Virus record (IMG/VR): IMGVR_UViG_3300025276_000020 | Length of the DNA stretch: 64,000 bases | Direction: 5' to 3' (one strand) | DNA from: a virus | In this document: piece after piece, positions 1-9,649 of the stretch | Position numbering within the stretch: position 1 is the stretch's first letter | How the letters are laid out: every line of letters begins with the position of its first letter | The notes under the pieces: generated by a model | What the model was told of the DNA's origin: nothing | What the model saw: the letters and a program-made list of their open reading frames with translations, nothing else | The model's database searches: none | Made by a program: the position numbers and the translations under genes

Positions 1-1077
1 GTTTCGGGCCAATGGTATCAAGCAGAGTTTGACGTATTATCAGGTAATGGACCTCATGTTCAACTTGTAAATAGGCATACTAACGGAGTTATTAAACCTT
101 ATACAAATGCAACTAATGTTGATGTTGCATTCTTTGCAGTCGGTAGTAAATGTTATGCGATATGGCAACAAAATACAAATAATACAAATATCGTTTCACT
201 ATATGCAAGTCAAGCAGTGTCACTAGATAACTTTAAAATATATAAAATCAGTGCTGACGATAGAAGCTATTATAACTGTCCTATGCTTAGAGCGGGTACA
301 GTTACAAAGACTGCTGTAGCAACGGGTGCTGACCTTCTGGGTTATAGTGGCTTCTCTGGCAGTAATGGACTACTTCAGCCATATAAGGCAGAATTAGAGC
401 CAGGTACAGGTGACTATAGTGTTATGATCTGGCTCAAAACAGCCGCAACGGCCGCAGAACAAACTATTTTTAGAAGATTTGGTAATCCCACCGTGACTGG
501 GGGACTACTGTTGCGTATCGTTGGTGGCAGTACTTCAGGAATTCAATGGTATACGAGAGATACGTCATCTAATGTTGGCTCAATAACCACTACCACCGCA
601 TTTGATGACAGTCACTGGCATCATGTAGTAGGTACAAGACAAGGTGCCACAATGAGCCTTTATATTGATGGGAAATTATACAGCTCTGTCGCTACCAGTG
701 CAAGTAGCCATAATGCGGGTACTACTGCAAGAATGCACATAGGAGTAGAAGAGACTACTAATTTAGGCGCTTATTCAAACCCCTGTAACGTAACAAATTT
801 AGCACTAGCTAGATACGCATTGGCAGCCCCTACCCCAGAACAAATTAAAAAGATATACAACGATGAGAAGGTCTTATTCCAAGAGAATGGAAAGGCTACT
901 CTTTATGGTACTAGTGATGCAGTCACAGCACTAGCATACGATGATGATACAGAACTGCTTCATGTTGGTACAAGCGCAGGACGATCAGAGTTTCAAGGAC
1001 TTCGTAGAGTTAATAATACAACAGACGCAGTGGGTACAGCAATCAGTGCAAGCAACGGCTTCATAGTAGAGGATTAA
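1..1077 (+). CDS. Tail fibre/virion protein with LamG (concanavalin A-like) domain, 5'-truncated
   Basis: Frame is open from base 1 (VSGQWYQAEF...) into the tracked ORF; WHHVVGTRQGATMSLYIDG is a LamG signature; lies in the fibre cluster. Confidence 0.7.
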   Translation, partial: VSGQWYQAEFDVLSGNGPHVQLVNRHTNGVIKPYTNATNVDVAFFAVGSKCYAIWQQNTNNTNIVSLYASQAVSLDNFKIYKISADDRSYYNCPMLRAGTVTKTAVATGADLLGYSGFSGSNGLLQPYKAELEPGTGDYSVMIWLKTAATAAEQTIFRRFGNPTVTGGLLLRIVGGSTSGIQWYTRDTSSNVGSITTTTAFDDSHWHHVVGTRQGATMSLYIDGKLYSSVATSASSHNAGTTARMHIGVEETTNLGAYSNPCNVTNLALARYALAAPTPEQIKKIYNDEKVLFQENGKATLYGTSDAVTALAYDDDTELLHVGTSAGRSEFQGLRRVNNTTDAVGTAISASNGFIVED

Positions 1078-1079
1078 AA

Positions 1080-2141
1080 ATGGCAGTTAAATTTACAAAA
1101 CCAGAAATCAATGTTCGTGAGAAACTTGCCGAACTCGACAAACCTTCAGGAGTTGCTGGCGAAGCAATGCTTCGTGCTGAGACCCCTCAGGAACAACAAG
1201 CACTTATTGGTGTAGGTCGTAGAAATATGGTTATTAATGGAGCGATGCTTGTTTGGCAAAGGGGAACGGTACAAACAACTTCACAAAACAACTCTTACCA
1301 TTGTGTAGATAGATGGGTACCTTACAGTTCTGGGAGAACTCAGTATCAACAATCCACCGATGTTCCTGATGGATTTGCATACGCTCTTACAACATCGGGT
1401 ACTCCTGTAGGCGAGTATATAATATCACACGGAATAGAACTTCCAGGAGCAGGAATTGCTGGCGAATTATATGTTGGTCAGAAGTTTACAGTAAGCTACT
1501 ATGCAAAATCCACTGCCGCTGGAGATAGACTTATGGATTGGATGGCTTTTAGAGTTGGACAAACTTCGTCTAGTAGCCAAGTCGAGGCTAAGGTTAATGA
1601 CAGCAGTGAGTACCACTCTCTATCAACTGGGTGGAAAAGATACTCAAGAACATACACTATAACAGGTACTCCAGGATCTACTAATATTTGTGTAGCCCTT
1701 GCTATACGAAACCATTGGAATAATCCTATTGCCGCAGGAAACATAAGCATAACTGGTGTCCAGTTAGAAATTGGTTCCACTGCCACACCCTTCGAGCATC
1801 GTTCATACGGCGAAGAACTGGCGTTGTGTCAGCGGTATTATCAAAATATTTACAACGGGCAGTGTTTTGGATCCGCAAATACTACGACTCGTATGAGAAT
1901 TAACGCCCCTCTTTCTCCTGAGATGAGAACTAATCCTACAGTCGCAAGAGTAGCTGGTACAATAGGTTTTCAAGGCATGGGCGTAGGACTTACTTCAACC
2001 TCTACGGCAGTGGCGCAAGCATCTCCTTCAGGACCTAATTTTTTGGGTTTTGATTTGGCGGGGTTTACAAGTCTTACTTCACGATCATATGCGGGGTCTC
2101 AATCTACAACTTTAGTCTTTACAGCCTCAGCGGAGTTATAA
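1080..2141 (+). CDS. Tail fibre/adhesin-like protein with carbohydrate-binding-type domain
   Basis: RRNMVINGAMLVWQRG ... GVQLEIGSTATPFEHRSYGEELALCQRYY motifs typical of marine phage fibre proteins. Confidence 0.65.
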   Translation: MAVKFTKPEINVREKLAELDKPSGVAGEAMLRAETPQEQQALIGVGRRNMVINGAMLVWQRGTVQTTSQNNSYHCVDRWVPYSSGRTQYQQSTDVPDGFAYALTTSGTPVGEYIISHGIELPGAGIAGELYVGQKFTVSYYAKSTAAGDRLMDWMAFRVGQTSSSSQVEAKVNDSSEYHSLSTGWKRYSRTYTITGTPGSTNICVALAIRNHWNNPIAAGNISITGVQLEIGSTATPFEHRSYGEELALCQRYYQNIYNGQCFGSANTTTRMRINAPLSPEMRTNPTVARVAGTIGFQGMGVGLTSTSTAVAQASPSGPNFLGFDLAGFTSLTSRSYAGSQSTTLVFTASAEL

Positions 2142-2142
2142 T

Positions 2143-2832
2143 ATGAACATCGAAACAGTAAAAACATATGAAGCCGGTCTTGTCATTAACGGCACTATTT
2201 CCGTACCAAATGACCCAGCTAACACCGATTACCAAGCAATCCTCGATTGGATTAACGAAGGTAACACACCTGTTGGCCCAGACGTTATTGAACCAGACTA
2301 TGTAGCACTACGCACAGGTCCCGATGGTTATGCTTCTACGGGAGACCAATTAGGAATGATTGCTGATGGCACACAAGCGGCTCATGTTGCAGATGTTAAA
2401 GCACGTTTCCCTAAAACCAATACTGGTAGTACTACCATCGGTGATGTACCTCAAGACATACTAGATGCCGCAGCCGCTAAACTTGCCGCACAACAACTAT
2501 CAGCATACACTACAGCGATAGCAAGACTATCACAATACGTTCTATCAGTTGGTCGTGCAGAAGTAACAGAAAGTCGAGCTACAGGAGAACAAGTCTTGAA
2601 TGAAGAAACAATGCAGATGGATGACGTGATGGCAGATGTCGTTACCGTCACTGCTATTGATGCACTAGATGCAACTGTAGAAGTCACGACTTATGATTTT
2701 GATACTGACACATCATCTACCGAAACAGTTACGAATCCTCTTATTGTAACAGACGTATCAGAGAGAACAGATGCACAAGCTATCGTAGATGCAACACCTT
2801 CGGCTGTTGTGGACGCATACAACGCTTTATAA
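2143..2832 (+). CDS. Putative tail fibre assembly/chaperone protein
   Basis: VPNDPANTDYQAILDWINEGNTP motif; directly follows a fibre gene. Confidence 0.5.
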   Translation: MNIETVKTYEAGLVINGTISVPNDPANTDYQAILDWINEGNTPVGPDVIEPDYVALRTGPDGYASTGDQLGMIADGTQAAHVADVKARFPKTNTGSTTIGDVPQDILDAAAAKLAAQQLSAYTTAIARLSQYVLSVGRAEVTESRATGEQVLNEETMQMDDVMADVVTVTAIDALDATVEVTTYDFDTDTSSTETVTNPLIVTDVSERTDAQAIVDATPSAVVDAYNAL

Positions 2833-2835
2833 ATA
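2828..2835 (+). promoter_or_regulatory. T4-type late promoter TATAAATA
   Basis: Exact gp55 consensus upstream of the long fibre gene. Confidence 0.8.
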
Positions 2836-2870
2836 AGAGTATACATAAACGCTATTGGGGAGAGTGAACC

Positions 2871-5810
2871 TTGGCAACGAATAAAGATTTCATAGTAAAG
2901 AATGGACTATCAGTAGGTGGCGATGTTGCCATAACTGGTAATGTCACATCAGACTTACATCTAAACGACAACGCCAAGATCAAAGTGGGCACTGCCACTG
3001 ATGGCGATCTTCAGATTTACCACAACGTAAACAACTCTTTCATCGAAGATGTTGGTACTGGTAGCTTATATCTCAGAGCAGACGCATCAGTAAGAATTCA
3101 GTCGTATGGCGATAACAACGACATGATCAAGGCTGATAAAGCCGGTGCAGTAACTCTCTATCACAATAACGGATCACGACTCGACACTACAGCATCTGGC
3201 GTAAACGTCACTGGTACTGTAGATATGGATGGCTTTACCAGTGTTGGCAATGGCACTATTACTGGAGATTTGTTAATACAAGAGGGAAGTGGCTTTCCTA
3301 GAATTACCCTTCAAGATTCTGATGGCACAAACACACGTTCCTTTATAAATCATTCTGCTAGTGACCTTACACTTACATCACAGAATGATACAGCTAACGG
3401 TAGAATACTTTTTAGTAGATATGACGGAACTACGACTGCTACGTCAGGATATTTTGATGCAACTGGTAAATTCTTCGCATCTGGTGATTTAGATGTAGCA
3501 GGCAATACGACTGCTGTCAACACGACACTCACTGGATATCTACGTGGTCCTGCTTCATTCACTATCGACCCTGCGACACACGCTGACGATACAGGTACAG
3601 TTATCATCGCCGGCAACTTGCAAGTAGATGGCACACAAACTACAATCAACTCGACCACATTAACAGTAGATGACTTAAACCTAACTCTCGCTAGTGGTGC
3701 AACCGATTCTGCCGCAGCCAATGGTGCTGGAATAACTATTGATGGTGCAACTGCTTCGTTGACATATGCACATAGTGGTACTAAGTTTGTCTTTAATAAA
3801 CCATTAGATGTTACTAGCTCAGGTGTATCAACTGTCAAAATATCAGGTAACTATCCAAGATTATTTTTTGAAGATACAGCAGGTACAGATTTAGATGCCT
3901 ACATAGTAAATAATGCAAATGGTTTATTTTTTGGAAAAACAAATTCACCAACAGGTACAAATGACGTACTTTCCTTAGACCTTTCAACTAAAAACGCTAC
4001 CTTTGCAGGAACGATTAAGGGTACACAAGTTGACATAGGAAATGGTTCTGCTGGTGGCACAAGCGAAATACTATTTTCCGACAACGTCTCCGCTAGAGGT
4101 AAAATAAAATATAACCACGGCTCCAGTCCAGAAGTTATGACACTAGAGACTACTGGTACAGTAGCATTAACAATTGATAATGCTCAAAATGCTACCTTTG
4201 CAGGCAATCTCAGCGCCAACGGAATTACAGCAAATGGTGGGGCTGTTTACAGTGAGACTGCTCAAGGAGCGGCAAAGGGTACTATTCATCTTGACCCAGA
4301 CTCTGTTACAGACCATGCAGGTACAGCACTTACGTTTGGAGCTAGTGATAGCGGAAGCGGTAATACTGCACAAGCAGGAATATACACCCGATCTGATGGT
4401 TCTTACGGTACTAAAATGTACCTCTCAACTACTGATAACTATTCCGCAGGGTCAAAGACAGCAATTAAAATAGATCATCTTGGACGTGTTGATATTTTGC
4501 GTGGCAATCTTACTGTTGCAGGGACGATAGGAGCAAATGACGGCACTGTTTCTTTACCTTCATTGTCTTTTGCAAATGACCCGAACACAGGGATTTATAG
4601 GTCTGCATCAGACAACTTAGGGTTTGCTATAGGCGGTACTGCTAGAGCATTTATGAGTAATAGTCAGTTTAATATTGATACTAAAGTTGTAGCTACAGAA
4701 TTAGACATAAATGGCGTAGGAGATGTGTCAGGAAATCTTACTGCTGGCGCTCTTTATTCATCCGCTGGTTTAAGAAATGCCGGCGGATCAGATTTTGGTT
4801 CACAACAATCTTTTTGGGCTAGCTCAGGTGGTTCTACTCACCAAGCTGGATACACTATAGGATGGAACACTGGCTTAAACAATTCTCGTACTCAAAAGAT
4901 GCGTCTTAACGATAGCGGAAATCTTCTTATTAATCAATCAGTATCAGTAGGGGGAGTCGTTTCTAGTTTGAAAGGGTATTTTTATGAAGATACTTTTGAT
5001 CAAAATGGAAATGCTAAACCTACCTCTGTTGTAGGAGTAGCCGCTGCCACTAATAGTGTTGGCGAAGGTCCAACGATTGATTTTAGCTCAATATGGTCAC
5101 AGAACTCAGTATATCAACAAGATGCTTGGAACGAAGGTTGGACAATTGGTCGTATTGGAGCAGTGTATGATAATCAAGTAAGTAATGGAGGTGCTTTAGT
5201 ATTCTATACTCATAGTGGTACTACTGCTTCTGGCGGTGCAAACAATGCCCAAGTATCTGAAAAAATGAGGATTCGTCCAAACGGCAACGTTGGTATCGGT
5301 GTAGCACTACCATCGGTAAAACTACAAGTTGCTGGAGAAATTCTAGCAACTAATGTCTCATTCACTGATGGGTCAGGAAGTAGTTGCGGGTTTAGTTTAT
5401 CAGGATCTATGGCAGACATGAACTGTGGAACTAAAGGTTTCCAGATTAGAGGTGATGGCGGGTTTGTTAATAAAAACATGAGTAATAATCCGCGGATAGC
5501 GGCATACGACACGAGCGTTTCATTATATGTAAGCGCACAAGCCAAACTGGTACTTTCAGCCACAGATGCGAAATTTACCAATCATGTTTATCCCGTTAGC
5601 GATGACGCAATTGATTTAGGCTCAGCGACATTACGGTGGAGAAATGTCTATACTGGAGATTTACATCTTTCAAACGAAGGTAAAGAAGAAGGCAATGAAG
5701 TAGATGGAACTACAGGCAATTGGACAATACAAGAAGGTGAAGAACATTTATATATCATCAATAATAAGAGTGGTAAAAAGTTCAAATTTAGTTTGGAGGA
5801 AATAGAATAA
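2871..5810 (+). CDS. Long tail fibre protein
   Basis: 979 aa G/T/N/S-rich; MRIRPNGNVGIG repeat; C-terminal DLGSATLRWRNVYTGDLHLSNE...GNWTIQEGEEHLYIINNKSGKKFKF seen in marine myovirus fibres; TTG start after GGGGAG. Confidence 0.75.
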   Translation: MATNKDFIVKNGLSVGGDVAITGNVTSDLHLNDNAKIKVGTATDGDLQIYHNVNNSFIEDVGTGSLYLRADASVRIQSYGDNNDMIKADKAGAVTLYHNNGSRLDTTASGVNVTGTVDMDGFTSVGNGTITGDLLIQEGSGFPRITLQDSDGTNTRSFINHSASDLTLTSQNDTANGRILFSRYDGTTTATSGYFDATGKFFASGDLDVAGNTTAVNTTLTGYLRGPASFTIDPATHADDTGTVIIAGNLQVDGTQTTINSTTLTVDDLNLTLASGATDSAAANGAGITIDGATASLTYAHSGTKFVFNKPLDVTSSGVSTVKISGNYPRLFFEDTAGTDLDAYIVNNANGLFFGKTNSPTGTNDVLSLDLSTKNATFAGTIKGTQVDIGNGSAGGTSEILFSDNVSARGKIKYNHGSSPEVMTLETTGTVALTIDNAQNATFAGNLSANGITANGGAVYSETAQGAAKGTIHLDPDSVTDHAGTALTFGASDSGSGNTAQAGIYTRSDGSYGTKMYLSTTDNYSAGSKTAIKIDHLGRVDILRGNLTVAGTIGANDGTVSLPSLSFANDPNTGIYRSASDNLGFAIGGTARAFMSNSQFNIDTKVVATELDINGVGDVSGNLTAGALYSSAGLRNAGGSDFGSQQSFWASSGGSTHQAGYTIGWNTGLNNSRTQKMRLNDSGNLLINQSVSVGGVVSSLKGYFYEDTFDQNGNAKPTSVVGVAAATNSVGEGPTIDFSSIWSQNSVYQQDAWNEGWTIGRIGAVYDNQVSNGGALVFYTHSGTTASGGANNAQVSEKMRIRPNGNVGIGVALPSVKLQVAGEILATNVSFTDGSGSSCGFSLSGSMADMNCGTKGFQIRGDGGFVNKNMSNNPRIAAYDTSVSLYVSAQAKLVLSATDAKFTNHVYPVSDDAIDLGSATLRWRNVYTGDLHLSNEGKEEGNEVDGTTGNWTIQEGEEHLYIINNKSGKKFKFSLEEIE

Positions 5811-6316
5811 TGGCATATTTACAAGGAGCTTCGGATCGACCAGGTCTGTATCACACTTCTATTACGGTTGGATCTGAGGGTGATGGTTATCATGATACAT
5901 ACTTCCCAATTTGGTGGACTGGATCTACTTCACATTGGGGACATAGAAGAATGATTATATCGAGAACCTACTCATCAACCGGTCCAAGTGTTCATGGTGG
6001 ACATAAAGCAGGCTTACAGTTTGAGTGTGTATGTGGAAATAATGATTGGGGTGGTCATCCTCATGTATTCACTGTTACTCATCATAGTTATACATACAGA
6101 CAAACTATTGCAGCCGCTGGTGGTACTGCTCACAATATGATGAATTATGTTATGTTAAGAGCTGGTGGATACGTATATAATATAACAACAGAAGGGTTTG
6201 AACCTAATTTTTACATAGGAAACCACACCGCAGACCAAGAAACGTACAGTGCGCCCCACCAGACAACTTTAAGTGCAACTACTACTGCCACTTTAGCAAC
6301 TAAGGTATACCAATAA
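5810..6316 (+). CDS. Hypothetical fibre-associated protein
   Basis: Coupled (TAATG overlap) to the fibre gene; His/Gly/Trp-rich. Confidence 0.5.
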   Translation: MAYLQGASDRPGLYHTSITVGSEGDGYHDTYFPIWWTGSTSHWGHRRMIISRTYSSTGPSVHGGHKAGLQFECVCGNNDWGGHPHVFTVTHHSYTYRQTIAAAGGTAHNMMNYVMLRAGGYVYNITTEGFEPNFYIGNHTADQETYSAPHQTTLSATTTATLATKVYQ

Positions 6317-6648
6317 TGACTGACGAAAACGAAAATGCATATACTGGACTTTTTATAGAAGAAGAATTTATATTAGATTCCGGCGAGAAAATCGGATTTG
6401 CACAGTCAGATTGGTTATTAGAGACGGGTGTACTACAAGCAGACATTGATGCCGCAACCATAAGACAGCAATGGAGACCTGCTAGAAAAGAAAGAGATAA
6501 ACTTCTAGCAGAAACCGATTGGATTGTCACCAAACATGCAGAGGCTGGAACATCAGTTCCTACAGCATGGGTTACATATAGAGAGGCATTAAGAGATATA
6601 ACAGATCAAGCTGATGTTGATAATATTACATGGCCTACAAAGCCATAA
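6316..6648 (+). CDS. Phage tail assembly chaperone
   Basis: RKERDKLLAETDW...WVTYREALRDITDQ...ITWPTKP motif. Confidence 0.8.
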   Translation: MTDENENAYTGLFIEEEFILDSGEKIGFAQSDWLLETGVLQADIDAATIRQQWRPARKERDKLLAETDWIVTKHAEAGTSVPTAWVTYREALRDITDQADVDNITWPTKP

Positions 6649-6692
6649 ACGATAAGCATAAATACTATAGAAACTAACTATGGAAGATAGAA

Positions 6693-7436
6693 ATGGCACA
6701 GCCAACAACAAGACCGCAATTTAAAGAGTGGTGCCTAAGAAAGTTAGGCAAGCCAGTCATAGAGATCAACGTTGATGCTGATCAAGCAGAAGATCGCATT
6801 GATGAGGCTCTATCATACTATTGGGACTACCACTTTGATGGTACTGAGAAAACTTATCTGAAGCACGAGATTACTCAAACGGATATCACGAATCAGTACC
6901 TTACTGTGCCTGAGAATATCATTGGCGTTGTTAACTTGTTTCCTGTCGGATCAAGCATTACTGCTGGTAGCGGAATGTTCAACGTTCAATACCAATTCGT
7001 ACTAAACAACATACATGAGATGGTCAGCTACAATCTCACAAACTACTACATGTCAATGCAGAACTTGCAATTCATGGAAGAGTTACTTGTTGGTCAACAA
7101 CCAATTAGATACAACCGACACATCAATAGACTGTTCATCGATATGGATTGGGCTAAAATGTCTGTTGGAAACTTCGTAGTAGCAGAGTGCTATAAAATAG
7201 TAGATCCCGCAACTTATGCAGACGTATACAAAGACCGTTGGCTTCAGAACTATGCGGCAGCTAAAATTAAGTTTCAATGGGGAAGTAATCTAACTAAATT
7301 TAACGGCATGACTTTGCCTGGTAACATTCAGTTCAGCGGAGAACAAATCTTAAATGATGCTCGGGACGAGATAAGACAATTAGAAGATGAAATGATGTCT
7401 TCTTACTCTCTTCCTGTTGTCGATATGATAGGGTAA
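6693..7436 (+). CDS. gp13: Neck protein gp13
   Basis: CLRKLGKPVIEINV, DYHFDG, QWGSNLTKF motifs; late promoter CATAAATA at 6657. Confidence 0.92.
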   Translation: MAQPTTRPQFKEWCLRKLGKPVIEINVDADQAEDRIDEALSYYWDYHFDGTEKTYLKHEITQTDITNQYLTVPENIIGVVNLFPVGSSITAGSGMFNVQYQFVLNNIHEMVSYNLTNYYMSMQNLQFMEELLVGQQPIRYNRHINRLFIDMDWAKMSVGNFVVAECYKIVDPATYADVYKDRWLQNYAAAKIKFQWGSNLTKFNGMTLPGNIQFSGEQILNDARDEIRQLEDEMMSSYSLPVVDMIG

Positions 7437-7440
7437 TAAA

Positions 7441-8439
7441 GTGGCTAAGAACTTCTATTTCGAAAACTATGAAAATTCGATGGAACAGAATCTCATCGAA
7501 GATTTGGTAGTGGAGTCTATAAAGATTTATGGAGTTGATACTTGGTTTATTCCAAGGACCATCAACGCAAAAGATGATATCTTAAACGAAGATGATTTGT
7601 CTTCGTTCGATGATGCTTATCAGGTTGAGATGTACGTTAAGAACGTGGACTCATTTGAAGGAGAAGGAGATTTCTTATCTAAGTTTGGTCTACAAATACG
7701 GGATTCTATCACGTTAACTATAGCTCAAAGAACATATAACCAAGAAGTTGGTTTGAATAGTGCTATAAATCGACCACGTGAAGGCGATCTCATATATCTT
7801 CCTTTAAACAAAAAATACTTTGTTGTACAGCACGTAGAACATGAAGCAATTTTCTATCAAATGGGATCATTGCAGACATACGATCTTAGGTGTGATCTAT
7901 TCGAATACAGTGGCGAGAGATTTACGACGGGACAAACTGAATTAGATAATCACTTCGATGATGAGAACATATTCAGAGATATGACAGGCACCACATTTAC
8001 AGTAGAAGTCAGAAGTGCAGTATTCTCTCTGAAAGATGTAGAAGATAAGGGCGATCTAATTAATACTCCTAAACTAGAAGCACGTGTGGGAGAAGTCATA
8101 ACATTCGACCAAAGTCATACATCAAACGAAACTCATCCTCTTAGAATATATACTGGAACTACTCCATCAAACGGTGCTCCAGTGCCAGCATCGGAAATAT
8201 CCGTAGTTGGTACACCTGGAAACGCAGGCGCTAAGGTTATTTGGACACCTACGTCCACAGGCACATGGTATTATATTAAGACCACTACTGTTGGAATGGG
8301 CGACACTATAACAATATCTGCTTCTAAAGATACAGTATCGTTAATAGACACTTTTGCAGACAACACAGCAATAGAAACGTTGGGTGATAACATAATCGAC
8401 TTTAGTCAGAACAATCCATTTGGTGAGGACAACTTCTAA
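7441..8439 (+). CDS. gp14: Neck/head-closure protein gp14 with inserted domain
   Basis: EQNLIEDLVVESIKIYG, FLSKFGLQIRD, RPREGDLIY, terminal DFSQNNPFG. Confidence 0.9.
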   Translation: MAKNFYFENYENSMEQNLIEDLVVESIKIYGVDTWFIPRTINAKDDILNEDDLSSFDDAYQVEMYVKNVDSFEGEGDFLSKFGLQIRDSITLTIAQRTYNQEVGLNSAINRPREGDLIYLPLNKKYFVVQHVEHEAIFYQMGSLQTYDLRCDLFEYSGERFTTGQTELDNHFDDENIFRDMTGTTFTVEVRSAVFSLKDVEDKGDLINTPKLEARVGEVITFDQSHTSNETHPLRIYTGTTPSNGAPVPASEISVVGTPGNAGAKVIWTPTSTGTWYYIKTTTVGMGDTITISASKDTVSLIDTFADNTAIETLGDNIIDFSQNNPFGEDNF

Positions 8440-9236
8440 TGTTTGGACAAAGATTTTATAATCAGACAACACGTAGATATGTTGCCGTATTCGGCACACT
8501 ATTTAACGATATTCAAATTGGTAGAAGCGATAATGCAGGCGTAGAGCAACAGCGAATGACTGTGCCTATTAACTATGCTCCTATGCAGAAGCTATTGGCT
8601 AGACTAGAGCAAGACCCTAATTTAGATCAACCAGCTATTACTTTGCCTAGAATGTCATTTGAAATGACTGGCATGACATATAACTCTTCACGAAAACTAC
8701 CATCTTCTACCAGACAAACTAAGTCTATTAGCGACAACGATAGTTCACTTACATCACTATTCACTCCTGCTCCATACGATTTAGAGTTCCAGTTGAATAT
8801 CATGACGAAGTACACAGAAGACGGAACTAAAATTTTAGAACAGATTCTACCATTCTTTAAGCCTGATGTTACAGTCAGCGTTAAAATGATAGACACTATG
8901 GACTTCTATGTCGATATTCCAGTTGTCCTAAATAGCGTTACAACTGAAGATCAATATGAAGGAGATTTTCAGACTAGAAGAGTTCTCATGTGGACACTTA
9001 ACTTCACGATGAAAGCATACTACTTTGGTCCTACCTCAACTAAGAGAGTGATTAAGTTTACAGACGCAAATATATTCACAAGTACGACTGCAACTACTGC
9101 CGAAGAGCAAGTAAACGTACAACCAGGATCAACAGCCGCAAATGTGGCAACGACCAAGATAGCTGAAACAGTAGCTTTCTCGGCGATTAACGTAGATGAC
9201 AATTGGGCAGAGATTGTACAAATATTGGATGCATAA
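8439..9236 (+). CDS. gp15: Tail sheath stabilizer/terminator gp15
   Basis: FGTLFNDIQI, ITLPRMSFE, ILEQILPFF motifs. Confidence 0.92.
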   Translation: MFGQRFYNQTTRRYVAVFGTLFNDIQIGRSDNAGVEQQRMTVPINYAPMQKLLARLEQDPNLDQPAITLPRMSFEMTGMTYNSSRKLPSSTRQTKSISDNDSSLTSLFTPAPYDLEFQLNIMTKYTEDGTKILEQILPFFKPDVTVSVKMIDTMDFYVDIPVVLNSVTTEDQYEGDFQTRRVLMWTLNFTMKAYYFGPTSTKRVIKFTDANIFTSTTATTAEEQVNVQPGSTAANVATTKIAETVAFSAINVDDNWAEIVQILDA

Positions 9237-9649
9237 TGATTGATAAGATTAGTGATAGCCTGGGACTAGCTCCTATGGAAGAAGTGATTGAGGGTAAAGT
9301 TGTAGTAGAAGCAAAATCTCTACCAGAGAAGGTCAAAAAAGATGATGATCGGGCAGAGATTGACTATGACTATGCAAGAACAAACTTCTATAACATAATA
9401 GAGACTGGGACCGAGGCACTTGAACAGATGCTAGATGTTGCTAAAGCCTCAGAGCATCCTCGTGCCTATGAAGTCGTGTCTACTATAATGAAGACGCTCG
9501 TAGATGCTAACAAAGATTTGGTGGGAATGTCTGAGAAAAAGAAGCCCAAAGAAGCGGAAACGTTTGACGGTAAAGTTAATAATAACCTATTCGTCGGATC
9601 GACTGCTGAGTTACAACAGTTATTGAAGGACATGAGAAAAGGTGAGTAG
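9236..9649 (+). CDS. gp16: Terminase small subunit gp16
   Basis: DYDYARTN, SEHPRAYEV, NNNLFVGSTAELQ; start moved to the ATG overlapping the gp15 stop. Confidence 0.9.
   Translation: MIDKISDSLGLAPMEEVIEGKVVVEAKSLPEKVKKDDDRAEIDYDYARTNFYNIIETGTEALEQMLDVAKASEHPRAYEVVSTIMKTLVDANKDLVGMSEKKKPKEAETFDGKVNNNLFVGSTAELQQLLKDMRKGE

Noticed and set aside
1-6648. Diversity-generating retroelement or invertase switching of fibre tips
   Set aside because: No reverse transcriptase, template/variable repeat pair or invertase seen in the window
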